Shown in pieces: positions 60,747 through 64,000 of a DNA stretch of 64,000 nt. The stretch's first letter is position 1; each line of letters begins with the position of its first letter. The translations under genes were made by a program, and so were the position numbers. The stretch is from Selaginella moellendorffii. Its lineage: Eukaryota > Plantae > Lycopodiophyta. Location: NCBI RefSeq assembly GCF_000143415.4, contig NW_003314308.1, forward strand, positions 496,001 to 560,000. Reading direction: 5' to 3'. The notes beneath the pieces are model-generated. The model ran no database searches, was not told where the DNA came from, and was given only the letters and a program-made list of their open reading frames with translations.

Positions 60747-61619
60747 GGAAGTTTGGAAATGTAGTGTCCTTATATACACTTCAAATGGAAACTTCGGAAG
60801 CCTTTCGGTGAGAAACAACCCTTCTAGAAAATAAAGATGTTATTTTTGTCTTCTTTCAATATGCTTTTTGTTAAGCAACAACCATTCTAATAAATTGCTT
60901 GGTTTGCTTAATGGTAGTTTTATTATTACTTATTAATTTAATTGATCAAATAAAGTTTATAATTATAAGCATGTTTGTAATTTATAAACACAAGATTAAT
61001 CTTATTGGCTTTAGATTGTGAATTTGGACATGGGATGAGCACTATTGTGTTCAGGCCAATGTCTACATTTGCATATTAACCATTAGATGATAGAATAAAA
61101 AAGAATATACTAGAAAGGGTTTAAGAAAGTTTATAAATTATAAATATGTTTATAAATTATAAATACCAAATTAATCTAAATGAATACCAACCATTAGATG
61201 GTAGAATATCCTAGAATATCCAAGCATATTCTAGGTATATTCACTACCATCTTTGTCCCCTATAGGTTTGCTTAAGCAAACCAAAAAATAAAAATGTTAT
61301 TTTTGTCTTATTTCAATATGAATTCTATGGGCAGTTTTGAATTTGAGTTTTAATTGTTATAAGTGGTGCCAAGTCAACCTTTTCAACTCATCTTTGGTAT
61401 GGATTAGTTATAGTGTAATTATGCTAAGTGTGATTTTGAGGTTTTTCCCTTTTTATATTATATTTCCTTATGTTTCTTTCATTCTTTTTATTTTTATTCC
61501 TCTTTGTCCTTTTTTATTCTACTTTTGTTTTCATCATTTTTGTATTTTTATTACTTTTCCTATATTTTTGTTTTATTCTTTCATTCCCTTCTTCAAATCC
61601 CTTCAATGGTTTTTATATT

Positions 61620-63440
61620 ACAATGGTTGACTGGCTTATAAAAAAGTATGCTGATTTATTTGAATTTGATCTGTTATTTAAAGTTAAGATTGTAACATGT
61701 TATCCTATTCCAATTGGGGATGCTCGTCTAATCAAGGTTTTTGTTCATTGTTGGTCACTAAAGGAAATCAAGATTTTACATACAAACATCAAAGAAATGT
61801 TGTTATTCGAAAGTTATGGAATCTTTAGGCATGTGAACCTTATTTTGTGACAAAACCTGATAGGAATATTCATTTCTACTTTAATTATCATCTGTTAAAC
61901 AAAGTGATTATTTTAGATCTTCCTCACCCTTTTGATCTTCTAGATCATCTAGAAAGAAGTTGTTAACTCACTAAGCTAAATTTTATTTCTAAGTATTGGC
62001 AAGTGCCGATGAGCAAGGAGGATATTTCCAAAACTGTTCTTATTACACCATTTGATTTGTACAAATTATTAGTGATGCCATTCGGTTTGACCAATATTTT
62101 AGCAACTTTTCAGTAGATGATGAATGTGGTTCTTTATAATATGCCAAAAATGACTACTGACTTCATCGATGATGTCTTAATTCACTTGGAAGGGACATAG
62201 GAGTATATCTATGATATTCGGAAGATATCAAATTGGTTATAAGAAGTTGGTTTAAAATTAAAACAGTTGAAATGCATGTTTAGGTCCAAAGACATAGCTT
62301 ATCTTGAGTACCATATTTTTTGTGAGGGTTTGCAAGTTAATTCTAACAAACTTGTGGCCATTCAAAAGTTCCCTACTCCGAAATGTGTGAATAACATGCA
62401 ATGCTTCTTTGGCAAAATGCAATATCTCAATCATTTTATTAATCAACTCTATTGGTTAGCTAGGGGAATTACACCACATGTTGATTGACATCTAGTAGGT
62501 TTAATTTACTCCCGCTAGGCTTGACCTGAGGGGTAGAGTGTCAAGAGAGCAATGCTTTTAGGAGAGTTATAACTCTTAACTTCCATTCACGAGGGTGTGA
62601 ACTTGTAAAGAATGATTTGAAAGACAATCCATAAGGGTTCAACATCTTTCTAATCACATTGCACTATTGCAAGTGTTACTGAAGTTGTCAACATCATCTT
62701 TTATTTGGGTGAATGACTAAATTCAATAGGCTATAATATGTTCTTTTGGCTACAACTTCATATTGAACTACTCTAGTGGTTCATATTTGCTGATGGTGGA
62801 GGTAATAACCAAGGTACTTGTAAGTGGTAACTTGTAGAACCTCTTGTCCTTGATAGTGGAGTGGGGTGTGTCTTGCTTTCAAGTTGAAAATCACAATTTG
62901 TGTTTTGGTGGGGACGATGAGGTGGCAATAACAATAGTTGCAAAGCACTTTGACAATGTCCCCGAGAGTTGGGTTGTTCTGTAATAAGTTTTGTAGAGCA
63001 TCGCATTTGTCTTGTGAAATTCAAAGATCGATAATAAAACATATTGTCATTGTCATGCTTAGCCAATGTGAAAACAGATACTGCTATGCTCCATCCTTCC
63101 ACCCTCTGGGTCTATTGCATTCATTCCTTTGTAAGTCGAGTGGTACTTGGAGCAGCAAGGGTGGTTAGTCCATTCTCCTAGTCTTATAGTATATAGTATG
63201 TCTAAAGGGCTCCTTGCTTAATGAAAAAGACCATATGAAGTGTTGCAGCAGATTGAACCACAAGTTTATAAAATTTAGCATGATGTTCAACAAGTTAATC
63301 CTCCAAAAATTGTGCATATGCAATGGCCAAAACACTTTGTACAAAAGGGTTTATGAATAACTAATACCACCTACAAATCCACCAATGCTTCCTCCTAATA
63401 TTCATTCAAATCTCGACCCATCAACTAAAGAAATTTAATT
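61620..63440 (+). mobile_element. Second decayed Ty3/gypsy remnant, homologous to 50.6-53.2 kb
   Basis: SKYWQVPM, MPFGLTN, FIDDVLI; colinear with 50575-51380 and 52950-53080. Confidence 0.78.
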
Positions 63441-64000
63441 GCCTTTTATTCTTCAGAGAAGAAGGGATCATGTAAGGTCCAAATGTGTGGTTATTTTATC
63501 ATATACTACTATAGATTTTGATAACTATTAAATTGGTTTCAATCTGAACTACTCATTCTTGTATATAAGCTAGGGGTTTTGGGCTAATGAATATGCATAT
63601 TTCTATCTCCCATTTCTATATTCCATGCACTCATAGTATGAAAATTTATAAATCATTGGTTTTCCAGCTTATTTTGTGTGTTAAAATTGAACTTGATAGT
63701 TGACAAGCTACTTTATAAAGGTGTTCTTTTTTAATAATATAAACTTATGATAAAGGGTAAATATATCTCACTAATATAATGTTAGAAGGATGCAAGAGTC
63801 ACTAGTTATAAGGGCATTTCCCTTTGATTTGCAACTATGAAGAGTAAAAAGGTGTAGCTATAAATATTACTTCTTGGAAATGAATGAAACAAGCAAATAG
63901 TGACTTCTTAATACACTTAATGCCTATCACATTCTATCATGCAACAATAAATGTTTCATATAAGTTACAATTACTAGCTTACCATAGTTTTTAACACTTT

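Overview
Gene-dense eukaryotic land-plant DNA with very short (about 50-80 bp) GT-AG introns, several intronless PLS-class PPR genes, very short intergenic spacers and one 100-N assembly gap. This style strongly suggests the lycophyte Selaginella (inference, not proven). 0-27 kb: 3' end of a MAPKKK, then a tandem segmental duplication (copy A about 2.05-15.38 kb, copy B about 15.39-24.46 kb). It contains a lipid phosphate phosphatase, an unusually AT-rich GDSL lipase, a LOG-family gene, PPRs, CAF1, an orphan 432-aa PPR-like gene and five copies of a small orphan protein ending in a [RK]YNLR motif. Different genes were inactivated in each copy, and a small TRIM LTR element sits next to the junction. 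27-41 kb: CNGC, BRF (TFIIIB), AGCVIII kinase, DUF952, an unknown membrane protein, a PPR and a truncated DUSP12-like phosphatase. 41-61 kb: a candidate specialised-metabolism cluster (3 UGTs, 1 dirigent, 2 CYP71-clan P450s), a scrambled UGT/P450 mosaic pseudogene, and a roughly 270-nt hairpin carrying a 23-nt perfect match to the neighbouring P450 exon. 50.6-64 kb is mostly AT-rich decayed Ty3/gypsy and PPR debris around the duplicated P450.
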